From: Methanocaldococcus sp. 16A
Lineage (GTDB): Archaea > AGJL01 > Methanococci > Methanococcales > Methanocaldococcaceae
NCBI GenBank assembly: GCA_049860595.1
Contig: CP187551.1
DNA length: 64,000 nucleotides
Strand: one strand, 5' to 3'
The notes under the pieces were generated by a model, which saw only the letters and a program-made list of their open reading frames with translations, was not told the DNA's origin and searched no databases. A program made the position numbers and the translations under genes. Below, piece after piece: positions 1-8,493 of this stretch. Numbering within the stretch: the first letter of the stretch is position 1; each line of letters opens with the position of its first letter.

Positions 1-1
1 T

Positions 2-424
2 GGAGATGAAATTGATTTATCATCAACAATAGTTACAATATCAAATGGAAATAAAAAAGTATCTTTAGTATATTCTGGAATATTGGCAGATTGTGCAAAT
101 AATGGAACTAAGGATTTATTTGGGACAGACAGTTCTAATTTGCAAACATTCTGGAGCGATTTATCAAGTGCCCAATCAGACAATAATGTAACATTTGGAA
201 TAATTGTCTTGCAAGATGGAGATGGTTCAATGAATAATACTGCTCACCCAACAATGAACTTTGGAGATAAAGCTGTGATTGCAATTAATTTAACAGCTAT
301 TGGTATGCCTATAGGTCCAAGAGATAAAATTTATGGAGAAGTAATTCCAGAATATGGTGCTTCAGGAATTATTGATTTTATAGCTCCATCAACATTTACT
401 GAGCATGTAGTGCCACTTCAGTAA
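2..424 (+). CDS. flaB: Archaellin, 3' part (starts before the window); last archaellin before flaC, probably FlaB3
   Basis: Frame is open from nt 2 (GDEIDLSSTIVTISNG...). It carries archaellin C-terminal motifs FGIIVLQDGDGS, MNFGDKAVIAIN and GEVIPEYGASGIIDFIAPSTF...VVPLQ. Confidence 0.93.
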   Translation, partial: GDEIDLSSTIVTISNGNKKVSLVYSGILADCANNGTKDLFGTDSSNLQTFWSDLSSAQSDNNVTFGIIVLQDGDGSMNNTAHPTMNFGDKAVIAINLTAIGMPIGPRDKIYGEVIPEYGASGIIDFIAPSTFTEHVVPLQ

Positions 425-467
425 TTTGGCATTTTTTAAAACACTTAAATTTTTAAGGTGAATCCTT

Positions 468-1060
468 ATGGGGATAAAAGATATCATTGAATCAATAAAA
501 AGCAAGTTATCTAACTTAAAACTAAAAAAAAACAACAAATAGAAACAGATGAACTTTCTATTGATGAAGAAACTCTTGAAGATTTTGAAGATACTGATAG
601 ATATGATGAACTTGAACAAACAGTCAGACAGTTAATGGAAACTACTGAAGGTTTAATGACAAAAGTTAGTGATATTGAATCGAGATTACCAAGATTCGAA
701 TCTTCACTAAATAACTTAAGAAAAGAAAATGAAATGTTAAGGATAGAACTTAATAAAATTAATGAAAACCTACAGGATATAATGGCTCTTTATGAAGTTG
801 TATCAAATCAAATTAACCCGTTTATTGGAGTTTCAAAAATAACTGCGACAAGTTTAGAGAAACTTGAAAGATTAGAAACAGAATATAAAAGACTAAAAAA
901 AACTGTTGAAGAATTAACAAACGACTTAATAATATTAGGTTCATTATACTTAAATCAGCTTAATATTGACCTTGAGAAGATCATTGAGGATGTGTTAGAG
1001 GAGGAGCTTATAAAGTCAGTGTCCGGGGAGGATGCCCATGATACAAAAAACAGTGAATGA
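468..1060 (+). CDS. flaC: Archaellum accessory protein FlaC (ArlC); reading frame interrupted by a -1 frameshift at the A9 run 524-532
   Basis: GGTGA RBS (457-461) precedes ATG 468. Frame 0 stops at TAG 540-542. The -1 frame is open from 515 into ORF 635-1060 (coiled coil, LYEVVSNQINPF FlaC motif). Joined product is ~197 aa. Confidence 0.85.
522..542 (+). other. Candidate -1 frameshift/slippage signal CTA AAA AAA AAC ... TAG
   Basis: A9 run at the point where the two flaC frames overlap; same sequence and phase as the chlD site. Confidence 0.55.
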
Positions 1061-1985
1061 AATATCATCAATTCCTATACTTCCTGATGAAGAATTTCTT
1101 ACTGAGGATGAAATTGAAGAATATTTAGATAATCTCAAATCTAAACTACCTTCTTTCGTTATAATATTATTAAAAAATAATTTAAGAGGCAAGAGAGTTA
1201 CTAAAAAACAACTTGATAAAATTATTGAAAGGATTACTGAGGTTTTATCTAAAGGAAGAGAGGATAAAACAGAAGAGCTTAATAAAAAACTTCAAAATCT
1301 TGAGCAGAAACTTGACACTATAATGAAACTCACTACAATGGCTGCTTCAACTAAACTTTCAGAAGAAATAGAAAAAACTAAAACTGTTGAAGAACGTAAA
1401 GAAGAACTTAAAAAAGAGGAAGAAGATGTTGAAAAGACTATACAAATTGAAGAAAAAAGTGTGAAATCTGCAGAACATGAAAAAGAGGTAATAGAAAAAA
1501 CTGAGGAGGGTACTAAAGGAGAGACTAAGAAAGATAAAGTTGAAGAAAAAGAGGAGAAATCTGAGGTAGAATTATCTGAGGGGGAGAAGCCTATGATATC
1601 TACTAGTGAAGAAGAAAGACAATATAGATTAAATGATATTCCAGAAGATGCTGTATCTATGGCTTTAGTATTTAAATGGTTAGAGTTTTTAATAAGTAAA
1701 GTGGGGATTACAAATTTGCCTGATATCTTAGATTACTATAATAAAATTGGTTGGATTTCAAATAAAGTTATATTAAAATTATTAAGATTCACCAAAAATA
1801 TGAAAATAATATTAGATATGGAAAATATAAGACCAAGAGATAAATTATCTCCGAGTGACCACATAATGTCATTGTTATACATTGAAAAGCTTGCTGGTAG
1901 ACCAATAGACACTGAAGTTCTTGAAATGTTGGAAATAGAAATTAGAAGAATAAAAAAATGGGCTGAAGAACTACAATCAATTTAA
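1032..1985 (+). CDS. flaD: Archaellum accessory protein FlaD (ArlD)
   Basis: Acidic linker plus C-terminal FlaD/E domain (KWLEFL...YYNKIGWIS...DHIMSLLYIE); operon position. Confidence 0.9.
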   Translation: MPMIQKTVNEISSIPILPDEEFLTEDEIEEYLDNLKSKLPSFVIILLKNNLRGKRVTKKQLDKIIERITEVLSKGREDKTEELNKKLQNLEQKLDTIMKLTTMAASTKLSEEIEKTKTVEERKEELKKEEEDVEKTIQIEEKSVKSAEHEKEVIEKTEEGTKGETKKDKVEEKEEKSEVELSEGEKPMISTSEEERQYRLNDIPEDAVSMALVFKWLEFLISKVGITNLPDILDYYNKIGWISNKVILKLLRFTKNMKIILDMENIRPRDKLSPSDHIMSLLYIEKLAGRPIDTEVLEMLEIEIRRIKKWAEELQSI

Positions 1986-2060
1986 ATCCAAATTGGATTA
2001 TTCAGATTATTCCAAATATCCAAATTAAATAAATAATAATCAATGATGAGTATATAGGGG

Positions 2061-2471
2061 GTGTATGAAATGGATGCAATGACTTCTGCAATATTGGAAG
2101 TACACAAACCAGCCAAATTAGAAGACATTCCTGACGAGCCAATTGCAGTTATTTTAGCATTGAAGTGGTTAGAATACTTATGTGAAAGAGTAGGTTCTGA
2201 AAATGTACCTGATGTGTTGGAGTTTTATTACATGCTTGGATGGTTAGGTGATAAAGCATTAGCAAAATTATTAAAATTCCTGAAAGGAATTAAAGTTGAT
2301 GAAGAAAATGTTATTGAGGGTTCAGGAAAATTAAATATAGCAGACCATATAATATCATTATTATTCATTGAAAGATTGAATGGAAAGCAGATTTCTGCAG
2401 AACTACTTGATAAAATTGAATGGGAATTAAGAAAAATAAAGAAGGGGGCTGAACAGTTCTATGGGATTTAG
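2061..2471 (+). CDS. flaE: Archaellum accessory protein FlaE (ArlE); probable start ATG 2070
   Basis: FlaD/E domain (KWLEYL...FYYMLGWL...DHIISLLFIE); operon position. Confidence 0.9.
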   Translation: MYEMDAMTSAILEVHKPAKLEDIPDEPIAVILALKWLEYLCERVGSENVPDVLEFYYMLGWLGDKALAKLLKFLKGIKVDEENVIEGSGKLNIADHIISLLFIERLNGKQISAELLDKIEWELRKIKKGAEQFYGI

Positions 2472-2877
2472 TTCTGTAGTAGGAGCGACAGTAATGATTA
2501 TTGCATTGCTTATATGTGGAGCGTATCTTTATGTAACTATAGACAACCAATATGAAAGCATCAATAATGCATATAATGTATATTATGCTCATTTACATGA
2601 TAAGCTAAATGAAAAGCTGGTAATTACTGATGTTAAAACCAGTCCATCACAGACGAATATAACTATATACAATAATGGGTCGGTTGTTGTTGAGCCTGGG
2701 AAATTTACTATATTATTTGATGGTAGGGTAGTTCCAGACGAGAATATATCCTATTACCCATATCTAAAAAAATATCTTGTCCCACTTGATAATATAACAA
2801 TCATAGTAAATTGGACACAACCAAGTAGAATATGTATTGTATCAGATAATGGAAATAAGTATTTCTATCCACAATAA
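2461..2877 (+). CDS. flaF: Archaellum stator protein FlaF (ArlF)
   Basis: MGFSSV start, N-terminal TM helix, ITIYNNGS beta domain. Confidence 0.9.
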   Translation: MGFSSVVGATVMIIALLICGAYLYVTIDNQYESINNAYNVYYAHLHDKLNEKLVITDVKTSPSQTNITIYNNGSVVVEPGKFTILFDGRVVPDENISYYPYLKKYLVPLDNITIIVNWTQPSRICIVSDNGNKYFYPQ

Positions 2878-2997
2878 CTTGGCGACCCCTGCATGATTTA
2901 TTGTGAGTAGCATCAATATTATTAATTTTTAATTTTTATTGACTTTTTCATAAAATTTCATAAAATATTTACTTTATTTAAGATTAAGGTGATTTAA

Positions 2998-3453
2998 TTG
3001 GCGTCAAATGCAATGTCTGAAATCGTTATGTTTGTTGCTGTATTGTTAATCGCTGCATTTGTTGCAGGGATTTTAACAACATCCACTTATAAAATTTCTA
3101 TAAATATTGGAAAAAAAGGTGATGCATTAGCTACTAAGCTATCACAAGATTTTGAGATTATAAATGACCCAGGTAACATAACGAGAAATGCTTCAGCAGG
3201 TACAACTTTACTTTATATTAAAAATACAGGTAAAGACCCGATAATATTTACGAATAGTTCATTTACGGTAATTATCGATGGAAATATTGTAAAAATTAAT
3301 ACAACAAATCAGCTAACGACTCCTGGAATTAATGTGTTATATCCGGGAGATGTTGGGGAGATTGTTGTAAATTACAATGAAACTGGATATCATAGAATAA
3401 AAGTTATTTCAGATTCTGGAATTTCGAGAATTATTAAGGGTCGTATTTCCTAA
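2998..3453 (+). CDS. flaG: Archaellum stator protein FlaG (ArlG)
   Basis: SEIVMFVAVLLIAA N-terminus, FEIINDP and YIKNTG motifs; GGTGA RBS. Confidence 0.92.
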   Translation: MASNAMSEIVMFVAVLLIAAFVAGILTTSTYKISINIGKKGDALATKLSQDFEIINDPGNITRNASAGTTLLYIKNTGKDPIIFTNSSFTVIIDGNIVKINTTNQLTTPGINVLYPGDVGEIVVNYNETGYHRIKVISDSGISRIIKGRIS

Positions 3454-3463
3454 GTTTTCTTAG

Positions 3464-4165
3464 GTGGGGATTATGGAACTGGCAAGAATTGATTTGAGTA
3501 GAGATGATTTAGATAAAAGAATTGGAGGTGGTATTCCGTATGGTAGTTTAATAATAATTGAGGGAGAGGAAAGTACAGGTAAATCTGTATTATGTCAAAG
3601 ATTGACTTATGGATTTTTACAGAATAGATATTCAGTAACTTACGTATCTACCCAACTTACAACATTAGAATTTATAAAACAAATGAACTCTTTGGATTAT
3701 TCTATTAATAAAAAATTATTATCTGGAGCTTTATTGTATATTCCAGTCTATCCATTAATTGCTGATAATAAAAAAAAGGATGGATTTTTAAAAAAAGTTA
3801 TGGAAACAAGGGCATTTTATGAAAAAGATGTTATTATATTTGATTCTTTATCTGCATTGATAGCAAATGATGCAAGTGAGGTTAATGTTAATGATTTAAT
3901 GGCTTTTTTTAAGAGAATTACAGCTTTAAAGAAAATAATAATTTGCACAATAAACCCAAAAGAGCTACCAGAATCAGTTTTAACAGTAATAAGAACTTCT
4001 GCAACAATATTAATAAAAACAGAAATATTTTCATTTGCTGGAAATTTAAAAAACTTAGCTAAGATATTGAAGTATAATATGGCTCCTGGACCATATCAGA
4101 AAACCATAGTGTTTAGAGTAGAACCTAAGATTGGTATTGCTGTTGAGATTGCATCTGTTGCATAA
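3464..4165 (+). CDS. flaH: Archaellum KaiC-like ATP-binding protein FlaH (ArlH)
   Basis: RIGGGIP, Walker A GEESTGKS, C-terminal FRVEPKIG. Confidence 0.95.
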   Translation: MGIMELARIDLSRDDLDKRIGGGIPYGSLIIIEGEESTGKSVLCQRLTYGFLQNRYSVTYVSTQLTTLEFIKQMNSLDYSINKKLLSGALLYIPVYPLIADNKKKDGFLKKVMETRAFYEKDVIIFDSLSALIANDASEVNVNDLMAFFKRITALKKIIICTINPKELPESVLTVIRTSATILIKTEIFSFAGNLKNLAKILKYNMAPGPYQKTIVFRVEPKIGIAVEIASVA

Positions 4166-4175
4166 TTTTTAAGTT

Positions 4176-5831
4176 TTGGTGATAATAATGAGTGAAGCAG
4201 AATTAAGAGAAGCAATGAATAGAAATCCACATTTACGAAAATATATTGAAAACTTTAAGAGAATCTATATGAGGATTCCAGATTTTATGGTATCACTTTC
4301 GAGAGAATTAAAAGAACTAAAATACCCAAATATTATTTATCCAATTGGAGATCCAATATTTATTCATATCTTTGGAACTCCGGAAACTAAAACAAAATAT
4401 ATAGTTATTGAACCTAAATTGGAAACTCCAGAAGAGAAATTAAAATATAAAATGATATTAAATAGAATTTTAGAACTAGCACCATATGAAGAAACTCCTA
4501 AAAGTGTGGAGGAATTTGAAGAAGTTTTAGTGAGATTATTTGATGCATGTACAAAGGTTACTGAAACACAAAAGGAAGAAGGATTTCTTAAAAGAGTTTT
4601 TAGATTTGTAGATAATAAAATTAGAATCACTCCAGAAGAAAGGGAAAAGTATATTTATATTTTAAAGAGAGACTTAATAGGTTTGGGTAATCTTGAACCT
4701 ATTGCTAGAGACCCATACTTAGAAGATATTCACGTTATTGGTCCAAAAAATTGTCATGTTGTTCATAAGATTTTTGGAATGTTGCCTACCAATATTACAT
4801 GGGATGATGAAATTGAGCTTGCAGATTATTTAAAAAATATTGGAGAACGAATGGGGAGACCAGTTTCAGATGCTCATCCAATAGTTGATGGAGCATTACC
4901 AGACGGTTCAAGAATTAACATCGTTTACTCTACAGATGTTTCTCCAAAGGGACCATCATTTACAATTAGGAAATTTACAGATGTCCCTATTAGTGTTACA
5001 CAGCTTATTAGTTGGGGAACGTTCTCTACTGAAATTGCGGCATATTTATGGCTGTGTTTGGAATATGGTATGAGTATATTTATTTGTGGGGAAACAGCAT
5101 CAGGTAAAACTACAACATTAAATGCAATTTTACCATTTATAAAACCAAATTCAAAAATATTCTCTTGTGAAGATACTCCAGAAGTTAAACCACCTCATCC
5201 TGTATGGCAGCAGCTGATAACAAGAGAAAGGGGTCCAGAAGAGAGTAGAGTTACACTTTTTGATTTGTTGAGAGCTGCATTGAGGTCAAGACCTAATTAT
5301 ATTATTGTTGGAGAGATTAGGAGTGTTGAAGCGGCAGTTGCTTTTCAAGCTATGCAGACTGGGCACCCAGTTCTTTCAACATTCCACGCAGCTAATGTTA
5401 GAAAGATGATACAGAGATTGAACGGAGACCCTATTAATGTTCCATTAACATTTATGGATAACCTAAACGTTGCACTATTCCAATTGGCGGTTTATCAGAG
5501 AGGTAAGGTTTTGAGAAGAGTTGTTACTATTGAAGAAATTGAAGGATATTATAAGGAAGTAGATGGAGTAATTACAAGAGCTGTGTTCCAATGGGAGCCA
5601 GATAAGGATAGACACGTATTTACAGGTAGAAATAACAGTTATGTTTTAGAGGAGAAGATAGCTAAAGCAGCAGGTTATGAAGACCCGAGAGATATTTATA
5701 ATGAGTTAGAATTGAGAGCAAGAATATTAGAAGAGATGATTGCAAGAGAAATTTTCGATTATTACCAAGTTAGAGATATAATATGGTCGTTTTACGAAAA
5801 AGGTTTGGAAGGGCTTCCATTTCCAATTTGA
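4176..5831 (+). CDS. flaI: Archaellum assembly/motor ATPase FlaI (ArlI); probable start ATG 4188
   Basis: Walker A GETASGKTT, Walker B IIVGEIR, MQTGH...STFHA His box. Confidence 0.96.
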   Translation: MVIIMSEAELREAMNRNPHLRKYIENFKRIYMRIPDFMVSLSRELKELKYPNIIYPIGDPIFIHIFGTPETKTKYIVIEPKLETPEEKLKYKMILNRILELAPYEETPKSVEEFEEVLVRLFDACTKVTETQKEEGFLKRVFRFVDNKIRITPEEREKYIYILKRDLIGLGNLEPIARDPYLEDIHVIGPKNCHVVHKIFGMLPTNITWDDEIELADYLKNIGERMGRPVSDAHPIVDGALPDGSRINIVYSTDVSPKGPSFTIRKFTDVPISVTQLISWGTFSTEIAAYLWLCLEYGMSIFICGETASGKTTTLNAILPFIKPNSKIFSCEDTPEVKPPHPVWQQLITRERGPEESRVTLFDLLRAALRSRPNYIIVGEIRSVEAAVAFQAMQTGHPVLSTFHAANVRKMIQRLNGDPINVPLTFMDNLNVALFQLAVYQRGKVLRRVVTIEEIEGYYKEVDGVITRAVFQWEPDKDRHVFTGRNNSYVLEEKIAKAAGYEDPRDIYNELELRARILEEMIAREIFDYYQVRDIIWSFYEKGLEGLPFPI

Positions 5832-5832
5832 G

Positions 5833-7521
5833 GTGGTTATTGTGGTATTAGATTTACTACCGAGAATTGGGCTTAAGCCCAAAGATTATTTATTAAAAAT
5901 TTTATTGCCTGCTGTTATTACTTCTATTGTTTTAACTGTATTAGGTTTTATGCTGTTCAGTGGAATTATTTTATATATATATTTAACCTTACCAATAATA
6001 ATACTTGCCAGTGCAATTGGTTATCCTTATATTGTTTTAGACTCTCAAAAAAATAAAATAAATGAGAGACTTCATATTTTTATTACAAAATTTGGAACCT
6101 TATCTATAACTGATTTAAATAGAAAAGATTTATTAAAAATACTTTCAGAAGAGAGAGAAGAACTTGGAGAGTTGGCGAAAGAATCGGAAAAATTATATGT
6201 TTTGACAGATAAGTGGGGACGTTCATTAGCCGAAGCTTGTAGATTTTTATCTCAAAGGACTCCAAGTAGTGAGTTTGCAGATTTTTTAGATAGATTGGCT
6301 TATGCATTAGATAGTGGGGAAGAACTTAAAGAATTTTTAATAAAAGAGCAAGATATTGTTATGGATGATTATGCCGCATTTTACAGAAGAATGTTATATT
6401 CACTTGATATGTATAAAGAGCTGTATGTTAGTGCGATGACATCCGTAGCGTTTTTCTTAGCTTTTTCAATTTTAGTTCCATTCTTGCTACCTTATAATTT
6501 CGTATTTATGGCAACAGTGTCACTGTTTGCGTTTTTTGGTATTGAATTACTTATAGTTATTGCAATAAAAAGTAGGATACCATTTGATAGATTATGGCAT
6601 ACTGGAGAAAAACCTACAGAAACTGATATAAAACTTAGAAAATGGTTAATATTATCAATTATACTTACTATAGTATTGTTGCCATTTCTTATATGGGCTA
6701 AATATATAATAGGGTTATCTCCATTTTATAAAATTCCTTATATGATATTGATAGCCTTAGGATTTTCACCACTTGCTATAGCGGGGATTATTGCATTGAG
6801 AGAAGAGAATAAAGTAAAGAGAAAAGAATTTGTATTCCCTGATTTTTTAAGGTCTTTGGGGGATTCAGTAAGTGCTAAAGGAGGGGGAATGGTAGATTCT
6901 TTAGAATATTTATCAAATCACGATTTTGGTCCGTTAACTGAAGATATTAAGAGGTTATATAAGAGATTGGCTTTAAATATCGATTCAAATAGGTCTTGGA
7001 GATTATTTGGTTTTGATTCATGTAGTTATTTAATACAATTATTTTCAGATATATTTTCGAGATGTATATACTTTGGAGGAGACCCAAAAATAGCAGCTGA
7101 AATAATAAGTAAGAATTTTAGAAAAATTGTTCAATTAAGAAAATCTAAGTATCAGAATATACAGCAATTTGTTGGAGTAGTTTACGGTCTTGGAGGTGGT
7201 TTGGCATTAGCATTATTTGCTTCATTAGGAGTAGCTAAGATGATTAATGAGTTGTATTCATCATTAAATATTCCTGAAACTGTTATTCAAATTTTGCATA
7301 TAATGCCAATAAATGATTCAGGACTTATTGAGTACATAATATTTGGTTCTCTTGTAATTTACTCAGCAATTTCAGGAATATTAATTAAAATAATGGATGG
7401 GGGGCATAAATATGTATCATTATTACACTTTGTTGCAATACTTTGGATATGTGCTATAGTGGCATATATAACAAAGTTAATAGTTTCACAGATTTTGGGA
7501 GTTTCAGCTCCAGTATACTAA
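5833..7521 (+). CDS. flaJ: Archaellum membrane platform protein FlaJ (ArlJ)
   Basis: Polytopic membrane protein with two T2SS-F domains (DFLDRLAYA, FPDFLRSLG), following flaI. Confidence 0.95.
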   Translation: MVIVVLDLLPRIGLKPKDYLLKILLPAVITSIVLTVLGFMLFSGIILYIYLTLPIIILASAIGYPYIVLDSQKNKINERLHIFITKFGTLSITDLNRKDLLKILSEEREELGELAKESEKLYVLTDKWGRSLAEACRFLSQRTPSSEFADFLDRLAYALDSGEELKEFLIKEQDIVMDDYAAFYRRMLYSLDMYKELYVSAMTSVAFFLAFSILVPFLLPYNFVFMATVSLFAFFGIELLIVIAIKSRIPFDRLWHTGEKPTETDIKLRKWLILSIILTIVLLPFLIWAKYIIGLSPFYKIPYMILIALGFSPLAIAGIIALREENKVKRKEFVFPDFLRSLGDSVSAKGGGMVDSLEYLSNHDFGPLTEDIKRLYKRLALNIDSNRSWRLFGFDSCSYLIQLFSDIFSRCIYFGGDPKIAAEIISKNFRKIVQLRKSKYQNIQQFVGVVYGLGGGLALALFASLGVAKMINELYSSLNIPETVIQILHIMPINDSGLIEYIIFGSLVIYSAISGILIKIMDGGHKYVSLLHFVAILWICAIVAYITKLIVSQILGVSAPVY

Positions 7522-7544
7522 AAATAAATTTTTAAAATAAATTT

Positions 7545-8252
7545 TTATAGTTTAAAAAGTGATAAAAATAGGTCAATAATTTTATCACCTATAATTGGTG
7601 TTAATATATAGGATAAAAATATTGGCACAACAAACGGTATAGCAGGAGTCACCCAAATTTTTTCATTTTTATCAAAATTTGAAAAATCAAAATCTTTTTC
7701 GGCACTTGGTAGTAGTTTTAGATTTGTCTGATTACCAAGAATTAACCTCTCTTTTTTCATAGCTTCAGAAACTTTCATTTTTTCGCCAATAAACATACAT
7801 ATAAATTCTTTTTTTGTTTTTGGTTTAACTCCCCTAATAATATTTTTTAAAAATATGATGACTGGAAGAAATATAGAGAAAAATATTGCGTTGATAGTTA
7901 CCATTATTGGAAAAGATGGAATGTAGGGATGATAATTTAAGATTATACCTAATGGTGTATATATTGGCATATTATATTTTGGAATTAATGCTCCGAGTCC
8001 CATTAATAGTTTTCCATCGCCTCCTCCTGCACCTAATAGAAACATAAAAAATCCTAAAAAGAAACAAACAATAAATCCAACAAATGATTGAATAAGGTAT
8101 GATATATTGTAAGATATTAATGATAGGTAAATACTATATAGAAATCCAAAAATAGCTAATGAAATCCAAATATAATCTTTAATCTCTCTACACTTTAAAT
8201 CATGAATTGAAGCTATTAATAATCCTATCGCCCCAATAACAAAATTTATCAT
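7545..8252 (-). CDS. flaK: Prearchaellin peptidase FlaK (ArlK), family A24
   Basis: ASIHD and GGGDGK catalytic aspartates; C-terminal IWVTPAIPF. Confidence 0.92.
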   Translation of the reverse strand: MINFVIGAIGLLIASIHDLKCREIKDYIWISLAIFGFLYSIYLSLISYNISYLIQSFVGFIVCFFLGFFMFLLGAGGGDGKLLMGLGALIPKYNMPIYTPLGIILNYHPYIPSFPIMVTINAIFFSIFLPVIIFLKNIIRGVKPKTKKEFICMFIGEKMKVSEAMKKERLILGNQTNLKLLPSAEKDFDFSNFDKNEKIWVTPAIPFVVPIFLSYILTPIIGDKIIDLFLSLFKL

Positions 8253-8415
8253 TCTTTCCCCCTATTTTTAGATATTTCTTATCTAAAAATTTGAATTTCG
8301 ATAAATGTAGAAATTAATTTGTGCTAACAAATTTATATAGCTATTTTATTATTATATTTTAAAAATTATAATAACACTAAAAAATAAAACTATAAGCCAA
8401 TAGATAAACTAAAAT

Positions 8416-8434
8416 ATGTATATATAATATACAT
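8416..8434. promoter_or_regulatory. Palindrome ATGTATAT-N3-ATATACAT overlapping TATA-like sequence in the divergent flaK / secreted-protein intergenic region
   Basis: 8-bp inverted repeat; overlaps TATGTA (8415-8420), the reverse complement of the EarA-type box TACATA. Confidence 0.3.
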
Positions 8435-8493
8435 TTAATATAGGGAGGGGTAATCTTAAGATAGTTCATAACTGTTTAGTAAGGGGGAGGGTT

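Noticed and set aside
895-3777. A8 runs in flaC (895-902) and flaH (3770-3777) as further frameshift sites
   Set aside because: Both lie within uninterrupted reading frames.
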